A stretch of 64,000 nt of DNA from an uncultured Gemmatimonadota bacterium (GTDB taxonomy: Bacteria; Gemmatimonadota; Gemmatimonadetes; Palauibacterales; Palauibacteraceae). Both the position numbers and the translations under genes were made by a program. Shown piece after piece: positions 30,034 through 39,538 of this stretch. Each line of letters starts with the position of its first letter. Position 1 is the first letter of the stretch. Below the pieces are notes generated by a model. The model searched no databases, was not told the origin of the DNA, and saw nothing but the letters and a program-made list of their open reading frames with translations. The DNA is taken from positions 160,128 to 224,127 of the forward strand of contig CAZVIY010000001.1 of assembly GCA_964627425.1 (NCBI GenBank), written 5' to 3'.

Positions 30034-30735
30034 TCAGCTCCCGTCCGAGGAGCTCATGGCCGCCCGGACCTCGCCGAGCCGGAGGGCGTAGTTCCCCGCG
30101 TCCGGCGCGTCCTCGGGCGTCTCCTCGGCCAGGCGGGCGTAGATCTCGGCGGCCTCCTCCAGCTCCCCGGCCTCCGCCAGGAGCCGGGCGCGATCCGCCG
30201 CGGCCTCACGTCGCTGATACGCGAAGCGCGCCTCCTCGGCCAGACGAGCCTGGACCTCCATGGCCTCCTCCAGACGACCGGCCCCTTCCAGGGCGGCGGC
30301 CCGCAGGACTCCGGCGGAGTACCCTACGGGCGTGTCGGGCGGGAGACCCGTCAGGGGCTCCAGGTGGCCCAGCGCCTCGTCCCAGCGGTCGTTCGCCAGG
30401 GAGATCCTCGCCAGGAGCAGACGGGCCCGATCCGCGTACTGGGTGCCCTCGTAGGTGGTGAGGAACCCCTGGAGCCGCGCCGCCACCGAGTCCGCTGGCG
30501 CGCCGGTCTGGAGCTGGGCCGCCAGCTGCTGATACTGTGCCGAGGCCTCCTCGGTGAGGCCCTGGCGATAGTTCTGGTAGTACAGCCCGCCGAGGGCGAG
30601 GATCACCGCCACCGCCGCGCCCACGGCCACCACCTGACTGTTCTTCTGGACCCATCCGGCCAGCTGCAGGGTCTTCTCGACGAAGACGTCCTCGTCGGCC
30701 GCCGGTCCCTTCCCCTTCTTCCGTTGATTCGCCAT
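30034..30735 (-). CDS. YfgM-like membrane-anchored TPR-like protein
   Basis: 233 aa with a basic N-terminus, a single TM (VVAVGAAVAVILALGGLYY), and then a helical repeat region rich in A/E/L/R. Confidence 0.6.
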   Translation of the reverse strand: MANQRKKGKGPAADEDVFVEKTLQLAGWVQKNSQVVAVGAAVAVILALGGLYYQNYRQGLTEEASAQYQQLAAQLQTGAPADSVAARLQGFLTTYEGTQYADRARLLLARISLANDRWDEALGHLEPLTGLPPDTPVGYSAGVLRAAALEGAGRLEEAMEVQARLAEEARFAYQRREAAADRARLLAEAGELEEAAEIYARLAEETPEDAPDAGNYALRLGEVRAAMSSSDGS

Positions 30736-30761
30736 ATGCCTCTACGCTCCCCGGTTGACTC

Positions 30762-31298
30762 TCATTCGCCTTCGAACTCCCGCGCTCCGGTCACCAGACA
30801 CCATGTCTCCCCCGTACCCTCGTCGTGCCGGCGGCCGACGGACACCGTTCCCACGGCGACGGCACCGGCCGACCGTACCTCCTGGAGGGCCTTCTTCGCC
30901 CCGCGGCCGGAGAGGACCGTCACCACGAGGACTCTCTCGCTCTCCATGAACGGGCTCCCGGGTCCCTCGGGAGCCGGGCGGGCTCCCGTCCGACGGCGGA
31001 GCGGCAGCCCGCACTCCCGGGCCAGGGGCGCCGCCAGCAGGAGGTCTCCGCTGCCTGCCGGCAGGAGGGCGTCGGGGCTCCGTCTCCGAACCTCGGGAGC
31101 CAGCCGGCGCACCGCCTCGTCCAGGAGCCGGGGCTCGGCGCAGAGCGCCGACCAGAGGGCCTCCTCCCCTCCACTGCCCGACAGCGCCCGGACCGCCTCG
31201 TCCTCGAGGGAGCGGGCCGCCTCGGGTACGTACACCCCGGCCCGCAGGAGCTCCTCGGGAACCGCGTCGGTGTCGTCCCCCTTCCCTTCCTGCGTCAC
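30762..31298 (-). CDS. phosphoribosyltransferase-fold protein with a degenerate PRPP loop
   Basis: The segment RVLVVTVLSGRGAKKALQEVRSAGAVAVGTVSV aligns to the PRTase VLVVDDVxTTGxT loop, but the acidic pair and TTG are lacking. GTG 31298 overlaps the yqaA stop (GTGA). Confidence 0.45.
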   Translation of the reverse strand: MTQEGKGDDTDAVPEELLRAGVYVPEAARSLEDEAVRALSGSGGEEALWSALCAEPRLLDEAVRRLAPEVRRRSPDALLPAGSGDLLLAAPLARECGLPLRRRTGARPAPEGPGSPFMESERVLVVTVLSGRGAKKALQEVRSAGAVAVGTVSVGRRHDEGTGETWCLVTGAREFEGE

Positions 31299-31918
31299 AG
31301 CACCCCCAGGGCCAGGAATCCGCCCACGACGGCGGCCGCCAGGGCCAGGGAGACCCAGCCGAAGTGGCGTTCGATGAACTCCCGAATCTGGGGGCCGAAG
31401 ACCCGGAGGAGCCCGGCGACGGCGAAGAACCGGATCCCCCGGCTGACCGTCGAGACGGCCAGGAACGCGGGGAGGGAGACCGCGAAGCCGCCCCCCGCGA
31501 TGGTGAACACCTTGAACGGGATCGGCGTGAGGCCGGCGGTCCCCAGCGTCACGACGAGGTTCTCCTGGAAGAGTCGGCCCACCCGTCGGTATTCCTCCAT
31601 GTATCCGTACAGCTCCAGGATGGGCGCCGCCACCGTCTGATACAGCCCCGCCCCGATGAGGTATCCCAGCGCCGCGCCCACCACCGATCCCAGGGTGCAG
31701 AGGGCGGCGAAGAACCAGGCCCGGCGGGGTCGACTGATGACCATGGGGATGAGGAGCACGTCGGGCGGAATGGGGAAGAAGGTGGCCTCCGCCACCGCCA
31801 CCCCCGTCAGCGCCCACGGGCCGCCCGGACGATGGGCCCACGAGAGGACCCACCGGTAGAGGCGGCGCAGGGGACGCCAGCCGGCCTCCGGCGCCTCCCC
31901 CGACGGCGCCCTCACCAT
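31295..31918 (-). CDS. YqaA-family (DedA-related) membrane protein
   Basis: The translation has VAEATFFPIPPDVLLIP and LTPIPFKVFTIAGG. ATG 31918 lies 1 nt from the pcm stop codon (7-nt coordinate overlap). Confidence 0.8.
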   Translation of the reverse strand: MVRAPSGEAPEAGWRPLRRLYRWVLSWAHRPGGPWALTGVAVAEATFFPIPPDVLLIPMVISRPRRAWFFAALCTLGSVVGAALGYLIGAGLYQTVAAPILELYGYMEEYRRVGRLFQENLVVTLGTAGLTPIPFKVFTIAGGGFAVSLPAFLAVSTVSRGIRFFAVAGLLRVFGPQIREFIERHFGWVSLALAAAVVGGFLALGVL

Positions 31919-32550
31919 CCCTCGTCGCCCAGCAGGGGCACGAAACGGGCCACGTCCACCGGCTCGTCGCTCCATCCCCCCTCGGTCCGCACCACCCTCC
32001 GCAGCTCCTGGGCGTCGCCCCGTCCCACCGGGACCAGGAGTCTGCCTCCCTCGGCGAGCTGGGCCCGGAGCGCCTCGGGGACCTCGGGGGCGGCCGCGCC
32101 CACCAGGATCACGTCGAAGGGAGCCGCCGACGGCCATCCCCGGCTCCCGTCCCCGACCCGGAGCTCCACGTCCACGGCGCCGATCTCCTCCAGCTCGCGC
32201 CGGGCCCGCTCCGCGAGCTCCGGGACCCGCTCGATGGAGTACACTTCGGCCGCCAGCCGGGAGAGGAGCCCCGTCTGGAAGCCCGAGCCGGTCCCCACCT
32301 CCAGCACCCGCTCCCCGCCCCGGAGCCCGGCCAGGGACAGGTGGAGCGCGTGGACGCTGGGCCGGGAGATCGTCTGACCGTGGCCGATGGGGAGCGCGGC
32401 GTCCTCGTAGGCGCGATGACGCACCCCCTCGGGGACGAACCGGTGCCGGGGCACGGCGTCGAAGGCGTGGAGGACGGCCATGTCGGAGATCCCCGACTCC
32501 CGGAGGCGCTCCACCAGCCGCCGGCGCTGGCGGCGATAGGAGGCCGTCAT
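31912..32550 (-). CDS. pcm: protein-L-isoaspartate O-methyltransferase
   Basis: The translation has GQTISRPSVHA, the SAM motif VLEVGTGSGFQT and LVPVG. ATGA overlap with the surE stop. Confidence 0.92.
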   Translation of the reverse strand: MTASYRRQRRRLVERLRESGISDMAVLHAFDAVPRHRFVPEGVRHRAYEDAALPIGHGQTISRPSVHALHLSLAGLRGGERVLEVGTGSGFQTGLLSRLAAEVYSIERVPELAERARRELEEIGAVDVELRVGDGSRGWPSAAPFDVILVGAAAPEVPEALRAQLAEGGRLLVPVGRGDAQELRRVVRTEGGWSDEPVDVARFVPLLGDEGW

Positions 32551-33335
32551 GACAGACCGACCTCCCATCCCCGGACCTCCTCCATCAGCCGGAAGTTCGT
32601 CAGGTCCAGGTGGAGGGGCGTGACGGAGATGTACCCGGCACGGACCGCCTTGAAGTCGGAGTCGTCCCGGCCCGACCACCGGGATTCCCCCCCGCCGATC
32701 CAGAAGTACTCCCGCCCCTGCGGGTCCTCCCGCCGGGCCAGCGAGTCGGCGTACACCCGCCGTCCCAGGGCCGTGATCCTGACCCCCGCGAGCTCGTCGG
32801 CGGACACCGGCGGGACGTTCACGTTGAAGAAGGTCTCCGGGGGGAAGTCGTCCCGGGACAGGAGGTCCTCCAGCAGGCGGGTCAGGGGCTCCTCGAACTG
32901 CCCCAGGGTCTCGGTGTCGCCCCCGGCGAAGGAGAGGGCCACGGCGGGGATGCCCAGGATGGTGGCCTCCATGGCTGCGGCCACCGTTCCCGAATAGAGC
33001 ACGTCCTCTCCCATGTTGGGACCGTGGTTCACGCCCGACAGGACGAAATCGGGCGACTCCTCCAGGAGTTGATTCACCGCCAGGAGCACGCAGTCGGTGG
33101 GAGTCCCGTCCACCACCTGTCGTCCCTTCCCCGCCCCGGTGACGCGGAGGGGCCGGTGGAGGGTGAGGGAATGGCTGCTGGCGCTCTGTTGCCGGTCCGG
33201 CGCCACGACCCGGACCCGGCCCAGGGACGAGGCCACCCGCACCAGGAGCGCGAGCCCCTCGGCGTGGACGCCGTCGTCGTTGGTGCAGAGGATCCGCCGG
33301 CGCCGCCGGGACTCCTCCTCCGGCGGGTCCGTCAT
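32547..33335 (-). CDS. surE: 5'/3'-nucleotidase SurE
   Basis: The translation has ILCTNDDGVHAEGL, GVNHGPNMGEDVLYSGTVAAAME and SVTPL. The conserved surE-pcm pair is present. Confidence 0.93.
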   Translation of the reverse strand: MTDPPEEESRRRRRILCTNDDGVHAEGLALLVRVASSLGRVRVVAPDRQQSASSHSLTLHRPLRVTGAGKGRQVVDGTPTDCVLLAVNQLLEESPDFVLSGVNHGPNMGEDVLYSGTVAAAMEATILGIPAVALSFAGGDTETLGQFEEPLTRLLEDLLSRDDFPPETFFNVNVPPVSADELAGVRITALGRRVYADSLARREDPQGREYFWIGGGESRWSGRDDSDFKAVRAGYISVTPLHLDLTNFRLMEEVRGWEVGLS

Positions 33336-33688
33336 TCCTCCAGCGACAGGAGGGACACCAGCTCGTCGGCCTCCCTGCGGAGGTCCCGGACCGTCTGGGA
33401 GTCCAGCGCCATGTTCGCCGCCCGATCCAGCCGGCCGTCCGATCGGAGCTGATCTAGCTTCTGCCGTGCGCCTTCGATGGTGTATTTTTCGGTATAGAGG
33501 AGGTGACGGATGAGCTGGATCAGCTTGATCTCCCTGCGGCGGAACACCCGGTTCCCCGCCTGGTTCTTGGACGGATTCAGGGAGCCGAACTGGCTCTCCC
33601 AGTACCGTATCACGTGGGGCTTGAGCTCGGTGATGTCGCAGACCTCACCGATGGAATAGTACTCCTTGGGGGCGATGCGGTCGTCCAC
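33332..33688 (-). CDS. MerR-family transcriptional regulator
   Basis: HTH YSIGEVCDITELKPHVIRYWESQF...NRVFRRREI. The GTG 33688 start, 5 nt after the gpsA stop, is tentative. The ORF track extends to 33787, overlapping gpsA. Confidence 0.8.
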   Translation of the reverse strand: MDDRIAPKEYYSIGEVCDITELKPHVIRYWESQFGSLNPSKNQAGNRVFRRREIKLIQLIRHLLYTEKYTIEGARQKLDQLRSDGRLDRAANMALDSQTVRDLRREADELVSLLSLEE

Positions 33689-33692
33689 GGGA

Positions 33693-34754
33693 TCAGCTCC
33701 AGTGCTCCGGTTTCGGTCGTCGGGCCATGAGATCGGCCAGGGCCTCCTTCGGCTCCACGCCGTCGTGCAGGATGGAACATACCGCATCCACGATGGGCAT
33801 CTCCACCCCGTGCTCCCCGGCCATCTCCCGCACGGCCCGGGCCGTGCGGAAGCCCTCCACCACCTGATCCATCTCCGCCAGGACCCGATCCACCGATCCC
33901 CCCCGTCCGATGGCCAGCCCCACCCGTCGGTTTCGGCTCAGATCGCCGGTGCACGTCAGGATCAGATCGCCGGTCCCGGCCAGGCCGGCGAGGGTCATGG
34001 GATCCCCTCCCATCTCCGTGACCAGCCGGAACAGCTCGGCCAGGCCCCGGGTGATGAGCGCGGCCCGGGCGTTGTTCCCCAGCTCCAGGCCGTCGCTGAT
34101 ACCGGCGGCGATGGCGATGACGTTCTTCACCGCCCCGCCGAGCTCCACCCCCACCACGTCGTCCTGGGTGTAGACCCGGAGATGGTCGTTCTGGAAGAGG
34201 GACTGGGCCCGGAGGGCGTTCTCCCGGCTCCGGGAGGCGGCGGCCACCGCCGTCGGGGCGCCCTCCACGAGCTCGGCGGCGAAGCTCGGGCCCGACAGCA
34301 CCACCAGGTCCCGCGACCAGGAGGCGTCGAAGACCTGGTGGAGGACCTGACTCATCCGGAGGTCGCTCTCCAGCTCCAGCCCCTTGGAGCCGCTGATCAG
34401 GAGTGGAGAGGATGGGAGGAACCCGGCCACGTCCTCGGCCACCTGGCGGACGGCATGGGAAGGGATGGCACACACCACGGCCTCGGCCTCTGCCAGCGCC
34501 GTGTCGTAGTCCTCCGTCGCCTGGAGGGAGGAGGGGAGCCGGGCCCCCGGGAGGTACTTCTCGTTGCGGGCCTCGTGCCGAACCTCCCGTGCCACGCGGG
34601 GATCGCGGGCCCAGAGCCGGACCCTGTGGCCGTTCCGCGCCAGGACCGCGCCCAGGGCGGTGCCCCAGCTCCCGGCGCCCAGGACCGTCACCCGCCGCGG
34701 CCGGCGGTCCTCCGGGAGGTCCGGGGTCGGGATCCGATCGTCGTCCACCCTCAT
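33693..34754 (-). CDS. gpsA: NAD(P)H-dependent glycerol-3-phosphate dehydrogenase
   Basis: The translation has VTVLGAGSWGTALG, GPSFAAE and GAVKNVIAIAAG. ATG 34754 overlaps the plsY stop (ATGA). Confidence 0.93.
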   Translation of the reverse strand: MRVDDDRIPTPDLPEDRRPRRVTVLGAGSWGTALGAVLARNGHRVRLWARDPRVAREVRHEARNEKYLPGARLPSSLQATEDYDTALAEAEAVVCAIPSHAVRQVAEDVAGFLPSSPLLISGSKGLELESDLRMSQVLHQVFDASWSRDLVVLSGPSFAAELVEGAPTAVAAASRSRENALRAQSLFQNDHLRVYTQDDVVGVELGGAVKNVIAIAAGISDGLELGNNARAALITRGLAELFRLVTEMGGDPMTLAGLAGTGDLILTCTGDLSRNRRVGLAIGRGGSVDRVLAEMDQVVEGFRTARAVREMAGEHGVEMPIVDAVCSILHDGVEPKEALADLMARRPKPEHWS

Positions 34755-35404
34755 CCCCCCGCGCCCCGTTCCGTCGGCTCCTCGGCCCCGCCGTCCCTGT
34801 CGCCCTCTCCTCCGCTCCCGCTCAGGGCCAGCTCGTCGCCACGCCGCAGCCGCGCCAGGTTGTCCCGATGCGTCCACCACGCGAAGGGCACCAGGATCAC
34901 GGTGAAGGCCACGGTGGAGCTCGGCTCGCCGAGACCCCAGGCCACCAGGGGAGTCAGCGTCACCGCCGTGAGGGACGCCACCGAGGGAGCTCCCACGGAG
35001 AGGAGGAGCCCCAGCCATCCCGTCGCCGCGACGAGGCCGGTGACCGGCGACAGGGCCAGGAGTACGCCGGCCGCGGTGGCGATGCCCTTTCCTCCGTCGA
35101 ACCGGAGGAAGACCGACCACACGTGTCCCGCGATGGCGGCGGCGCCGTAGACCAGGGGGAGGTGGGCCACGGCCGTCCCGTCGAGGAGGGGGAAGTACCA
35201 GACCGGGACGAAGCCTTTCAGGACGTCCACGGCCGCCACCGGAAGCGCGGCCCGGGGACCGAGGACCCGGAACACGTTGGAGCTCCCCAGGTTCCCGCTG
35301 CCCCGCCGGCGGAGGTCGATCCCCGCCCGGCGGCCCGCCAGGTGCCCCGCCGGCACGGACCCGCACAGATACGCCACCAGCACGAACGCGGCAGCCTGCA
35401 TCAT
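34751..35404 (-). CDS. plsY: glycerol-3-phosphate acyltransferase PlsY
   Basis: 217 aa with GSGNLGSSNVFR, DVLKG and the FLRFDGGKGIAT motif. Confidence 0.92.
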   Translation of the reverse strand: MMQAAAFVLVAYLCGSVPAGHLAGRRAGIDLRRRGSGNLGSSNVFRVLGPRAALPVAAVDVLKGFVPVWYFPLLDGTAVAHLPLVYGAAAIAGHVWSVFLRFDGGKGIATAAGVLLALSPVTGLVAATGWLGLLLSVGAPSVASLTAVTLTPLVAWGLGEPSSTVAFTVILVPFAWWTHRDNLARLRRGDELALSGSGGEGDRDGGAEEPTERGAGG

Positions 35405-35420
35405 GCGGACCGCACCTCCC

Positions 35421-36803
35421 TCACACCCGGTAGCCCCGGGGCTCCCGTCCCGACGATTCCTTCGTCTTGATCCGGACGGGCACGCCCTCGAACCCCCACG
35501 CGTCCCGGAACCCGTTCTCCAGATAGCGCAGGTAGTGGGCCGGGATCTCCTCCGGCCTGTTGGACCAGACGGCGAAGAGCGGCGGCTCCGACGCCACCTG
35601 GCTCCCGTAGAGGATCCGGACGTCTCCGCTGCCGCCCTGGGGGGGCTGCCGGCGTCCCACCAGCCCCTCCAGCACCCGGTTCACCTCGGCGGTGGGAATC
35701 CGGCGGGACCGCTCCGCGCGCACCTCCAGCGCCAGGTCCAGGACCTTCCGCACCCGCTGTCCGGTGAGGGCGGAAGTGGTCACCACCGGCACCCAGCGCA
35801 GGTAGGCGGCCCGGTCGCGGAGGGCCTCGACGAAGTTCGCCACCACCGAGGGGCCCCGATCCTCCACCAGGTCCCACTTGTTCGCCGCCAGCACCAGCCC
35901 GCGCCCCTGGTCCCAGGCGTCCTCGCCGATCCGGAAGTCCTGGTTCGCCACCCCGGCCTCACAGTCCACCACCAGCACGCACACCTCCGCCCGCCGGATG
36001 GCGGCGGCCGCCCGGACGCGGCTGTAGAACTCCACGTCGTCGGAGACCCGGGACTGCCGCCGGAGACCCGCCGTGTCGATGAGCTGGATCGTCCGGTCCC
36101 CGTACTCCAGGTAGGTGTCGATGGCGTCGCGGGTGGTCCCCGCCTCCTCGTGGACCACCACCCGCTCCTCGCCCAGCAGGCGGTTCACCAGGCTGGACTT
36201 TCCCACGTTGGGGCGGCCCACCACGGCCAGGCTCAGGTCCACCCCGGCGGGCGCGGACGGCTCGCCGGCCGGCAGCTTCTCCACCACCCGGTCCAGGAGG
36301 TCGCCGCTCCCCTTCCCCGTCATGGCCGACACGGGCTGGGGCTCCCCCAGGCCCAGGCTCCAGAACTCGTGATGCCGGAGATCGCCCGCCGGGTTGTCCA
36401 TCTTGTTGACGGCCACCTGCACCGGGCGGCCCGACTCGCGGAGGAGGTCGGCGATCTGGAGGTCCACCGGTGCCACGCCCTGGCCGGCGTCCACCACGAA
36501 GATCAGGACGTCGGCGTGCTCGATGGCGGCCAGCACCTGGCGGCGAACGGCCTCCTCCAGGGGGGCGTCGGCCCGGTCCTGGATCCCCCCGGTGTCCACC
36601 AGGAGGAACGGCCGCCCCGCCCACTCGGCTCGGGAGAAGTTGCGGTCGCGGGTCACCCCCGGACGCTCGGCCACGATGGCCACCCTCTCCCCCACCACCC
36701 GGTTGAAGAGGGTGGACTTCCCGACGTTCGGGCGGCCCACCACGGCCACCGTGGGCAGTGCCACGCCGGAGTCGGCGCGGCGGTCACGCGACGCGACGGT
36801 CAT
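35421..36803 (-). CDS. der: ribosome biogenesis GTPase Der (EngA), tandem GTPase domains
   Basis: Two G-domains (GRPNVGKSTLFN, GRPNVGKSSLVN) and a KH-like C-terminus. Confidence 0.95.
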   Translation of the reverse strand: MTVASRDRRADSGVALPTVAVVGRPNVGKSTLFNRVVGERVAIVAERPGVTRDRNFSRAEWAGRPFLLVDTGGIQDRADAPLEEAVRRQVLAAIEHADVLIFVVDAGQGVAPVDLQIADLLRESGRPVQVAVNKMDNPAGDLRHHEFWSLGLGEPQPVSAMTGKGSGDLLDRVVEKLPAGEPSAPAGVDLSLAVVGRPNVGKSSLVNRLLGEERVVVHEEAGTTRDAIDTYLEYGDRTIQLIDTAGLRRQSRVSDDVEFYSRVRAAAAIRRAEVCVLVVDCEAGVANQDFRIGEDAWDQGRGLVLAANKWDLVEDRGPSVVANFVEALRDRAAYLRWVPVVTTSALTGQRVRKVLDLALEVRAERSRRIPTAEVNRVLEGLVGRRQPPQGGSGDVRILYGSQVASEPPLFAVWSNRPEEIPAHYLRYLENGFRDAWGFEGVPVRIKTKESSGREPRGYRV

Positions 36804-36883
36804 GGTCTCGGGGGGCCGCGGCGGGCCGGCCCGCGCCGGTCCCCGGGGGGAACCGGACGGGCCGGAGGCTCAGGCCGCCGCGA

Positions 36884-38227
36884 TCAGAGCTCGCCGTAGC
36901 GGAAGGTCACGGCGCCGGCCGTCGCCTGGAACTGGGTCTGGAACTGGGTCCGCTCCCCCTGGGCGGGGAGCTCGATCTCCAGATCCCTGGTGTCGACCAC
37001 GTCGCCGTTCTCATCCAGGAGCTCGACGGCCAGGGTGATGGTCCCCTGATCCATGCTCACGTTCTCCACCACGCCCTGGATGGCGTAGGTGCCCTCGCCC
37101 GGCGTGGCCATGCCCAGCTGGTGGAACCTCACGGGCATGGTCTTCATCCGGTCCAGGAGGTCCTGCGCCCGCTGGGAATCACCGGCCTGGCTGAAGGCCC
37201 GTACGGCCAGGGAGAGGTTCTGGTTGTCGTGGGGGTACCACCGGGCCAGCGTGTCCGAGATGGCGGTGGCGGCCTCGAACTGCTTGGACTGGACCAGGGA
37301 GCTCCCCAGGTTCTCCATGGCCTCCTTGTTCATCGGGTTCAGCTCGCGGGCGGCCTGGAACGCCTCGGCGGCCATCTCGAAGTTCTGAGCCTGATAGAAC
37401 CCCACGCCCAGGCGGGTCCGACCCTCGAAGTCCAGCTGGTCGATCTGGCCCATCATCTCCGTGTAGATGGCCTGGGCCGAGTCCTCCTGGCCCGCCTCCG
37501 CCAGCGTCTGGGCGTAGTTGATCCGGAGGCCCACGTCCTCAGGGTTCTCGGCCATGAAGTGCCGGAGCATCGCGAGGGCCTCTTCGGGGCTCCCCTGCTC
37601 CCTGCGGATCTGCACCAGGTTGGTGACCGCTTCCCGGACCCGCTCCGGCTCCCCACCGGCGTCCAGGACCTGCTCGTACATCACCGCCGCCGAGTCCAGC
37701 TGGCCCTGCTGCCGGTACAGCGTCCCGGCGTTCACCAGGGACCGGGCGTCCTTGTAGATGTTGCTGGCCCTGACGAAGTAGGTGAGTGCCTCGGCGGTGG
37801 CCCCTCCCTGGTAGGCCTCGATGGCCTGGTTGTACAGGCGGGCCCACGCCGAGTATCGGACCTCCTCGGCGAAGCTCGCGCACTCGGAGCGGAGCTCCAC
37901 GAACCGGTTCAGGTACTGGTCGGCCCGATCGTAATTCCTCAGGCCGAGCTGGGCCTGGGCGGCCAGGACCCACAGGGTGGCGTCGTCGGTGCCCGACTCG
38001 ATGGGCTCCCGGAGCTGCTCCCACGCCCTCTGGAACAGCTCGCGCTGCTCCCCCTGGGCCAGGGCGCTGTCCTGCTGGGCCTGGGTCAGGAACTGCTGCG
38101 CCGCCGTGGCTTCGGGGCTGGGCTGCAGCTGACATTCCTGCTGCTGCTGCTGCTCCTGCCCGAGGGCGGTGGCCGGGAGGGCCAGGAGGAGGAACGAGAT
38201 GCAGAGGGTGCCGAGCGTCTTCTTCAT
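36884..38227 (-). CDS. secreted tetratricopeptide-repeat protein with a C-terminal beta-rich domain
   Basis: ATG 38227 has a GGAAGG Shine-Dalgarno sequence and a signal peptide MKKTLGTLCISFLLLALPATALG. A poly-Q tract, multiple TPR-like A/Y/L repeats and a beta-sandwich-like tail follow. Confidence 0.8.
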   Translation of the reverse strand: MKKTLGTLCISFLLLALPATALGQEQQQQQECQLQPSPEATAAQQFLTQAQQDSALAQGEQRELFQRAWEQLREPIESGTDDATLWVLAAQAQLGLRNYDRADQYLNRFVELRSECASFAEEVRYSAWARLYNQAIEAYQGGATAEALTYFVRASNIYKDARSLVNAGTLYRQQGQLDSAAVMYEQVLDAGGEPERVREAVTNLVQIRREQGSPEEALAMLRHFMAENPEDVGLRINYAQTLAEAGQEDSAQAIYTEMMGQIDQLDFEGRTRLGVGFYQAQNFEMAAEAFQAARELNPMNKEAMENLGSSLVQSKQFEAATAISDTLARWYPHDNQNLSLAVRAFSQAGDSQRAQDLLDRMKTMPVRFHQLGMATPGEGTYAIQGVVENVSMDQGTITLAVELLDENGDVVDTRDLEIELPAQGERTQFQTQFQATAGAVTFRYGEL

Positions 38228-38392
38228 GTCGTGTACCTTCCGGCTCCTGATTCGTGATCGTCCCGGGGCGTGACCGGCCGGGATCCTTGCGGTCGGACCC
38301 TGCTCTATCGTGGCTTCATCTACCGGAATGGGCCCGATCCGTTCCGCCGGCGGGTCCCCGGCGACCACCCCTGCCGCAACGCCCGCGGCACC

Positions 38393-39538
38393 TCAGTAGG
38401 TCAGGAAGTTCCCGGTGCTGAAGAGCACCACCGTCTCCCCGCTCTGGATCTCCCCGACCTCCACCAGCCGGCGGAGCCCGGCCAGGGCCGCTCCTCCTTC
38501 GATGCCCGCGCTCACCCCCTCGCGGGAGCCGAGGTCCCGCGCGCCACGGCGCATCTCCTCGTCGGGCACCGCCACCGCGCCGCCGCCGGACTCGCGGAGG
38601 GCACGGAGGATGAGGAAGTCGCCCAGGGCCGAGGGCACCCGGAGGCCGTAGGCCTCGGTCCGGGCGTCCCCCCAGGGCTCGGCCTCCTCCCGTCCCCGTT
38701 CCCACGCCCTCACCACGGGGGCGCAGCCCTCGCCCTGTACGCTGTACATCCGGGTGGGTACCTCCTCCAGGATCCCCCACTCCCGGAGCTCCCCCAGGAC
38801 CGTCCAGCTGGCGATGAGGCCCGTTCCGCCCCCCGTGGGATAGACCACGGCGTCCGGCGGTTCCCATCCCAGCTCCTCGAGGATCTCCAGCATCATGGTC
38901 TTCTTGCCCTGGAGCCTGTAGGGCTCCCGGAGCGTGGACACGTCGAACGCCCCGGTACGCCGGCCGAATTCGGTGGCCCGTTCCCCGCAGTCGGTGATCA
39001 GGCCGTCCACGTCGACCAGGTCGGCCCCGTACCGGCGGCACCGGCGCCGGACCCCCTCGGGGGTGTCCTCGGGCACGTAGACCCGGGCCGGGGCCCCGGC
39101 CCGGGAGGCGTAGGCCGCCAGCGCCGCCCCGGCGTTCCCGGCGCTGGGGATGACGAAGGAGTCCACGCCGTCCCGGACGGCCCGGGTCACCGCGGCGGAC
39201 AGGCCCCGGTCCTTGAAGCTCCCGGTGGGATTCTGCCCCTCGTCCTTCACCCGGAGGTCCACACCCGTCTCCGCGCCCAGCCGCGCCGCCCGGAGGCACG
39301 GGGTGGCACCCTCGCCCAGGGTGACCGGCGCCTCGTCCGGATCCAGGGGGAGGAGCTCCCGGAAACGCCACATCCCGCCCGGTCGACGGGCCCACCGCTC
39401 CGGGAGTCCGGTGGGGTCCGCGGGACGCGGGTAGCGGACCAGCCACGGCTTCCCGCACTCCGGACACACGGTGGCCCGGGGCTCCGCTCGGCATTCTCCT
39501 CCGCAGGCGCTGCACTCGAGCCGAAAGCGTTCGCTCAT
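38393..39538 (-). CDS. thrC: threonine synthase (PLP-dependent, N-terminal zinc ribbon)
   Basis: CSACG...CPECG zinc ribbon, the PLP-Lys motif NPTGSFKDRG and PSAGNAG. Confidence 0.8.
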   Translation of the reverse strand: MSERFRLECSACGGECRAEPRATVCPECGKPWLVRYPRPADPTGLPERWARRPGGMWRFRELLPLDPDEAPVTLGEGATPCLRAARLGAETGVDLRVKDEGQNPTGSFKDRGLSAAVTRAVRDGVDSFVIPSAGNAGAALAAYASRAGAPARVYVPEDTPEGVRRRCRRYGADLVDVDGLITDCGERATEFGRRTGAFDVSTLREPYRLQGKKTMMLEILEELGWEPPDAVVYPTGGGTGLIASWTVLGELREWGILEEVPTRMYSVQGEGCAPVVRAWERGREEAEPWGDARTEAYGLRVPSALGDFLILRALRESGGGAVAVPDEEMRRGARDLGSREGVSAGIEGGAALAGLRRLVEVGEIQSGETVVLFSTGNFLTY

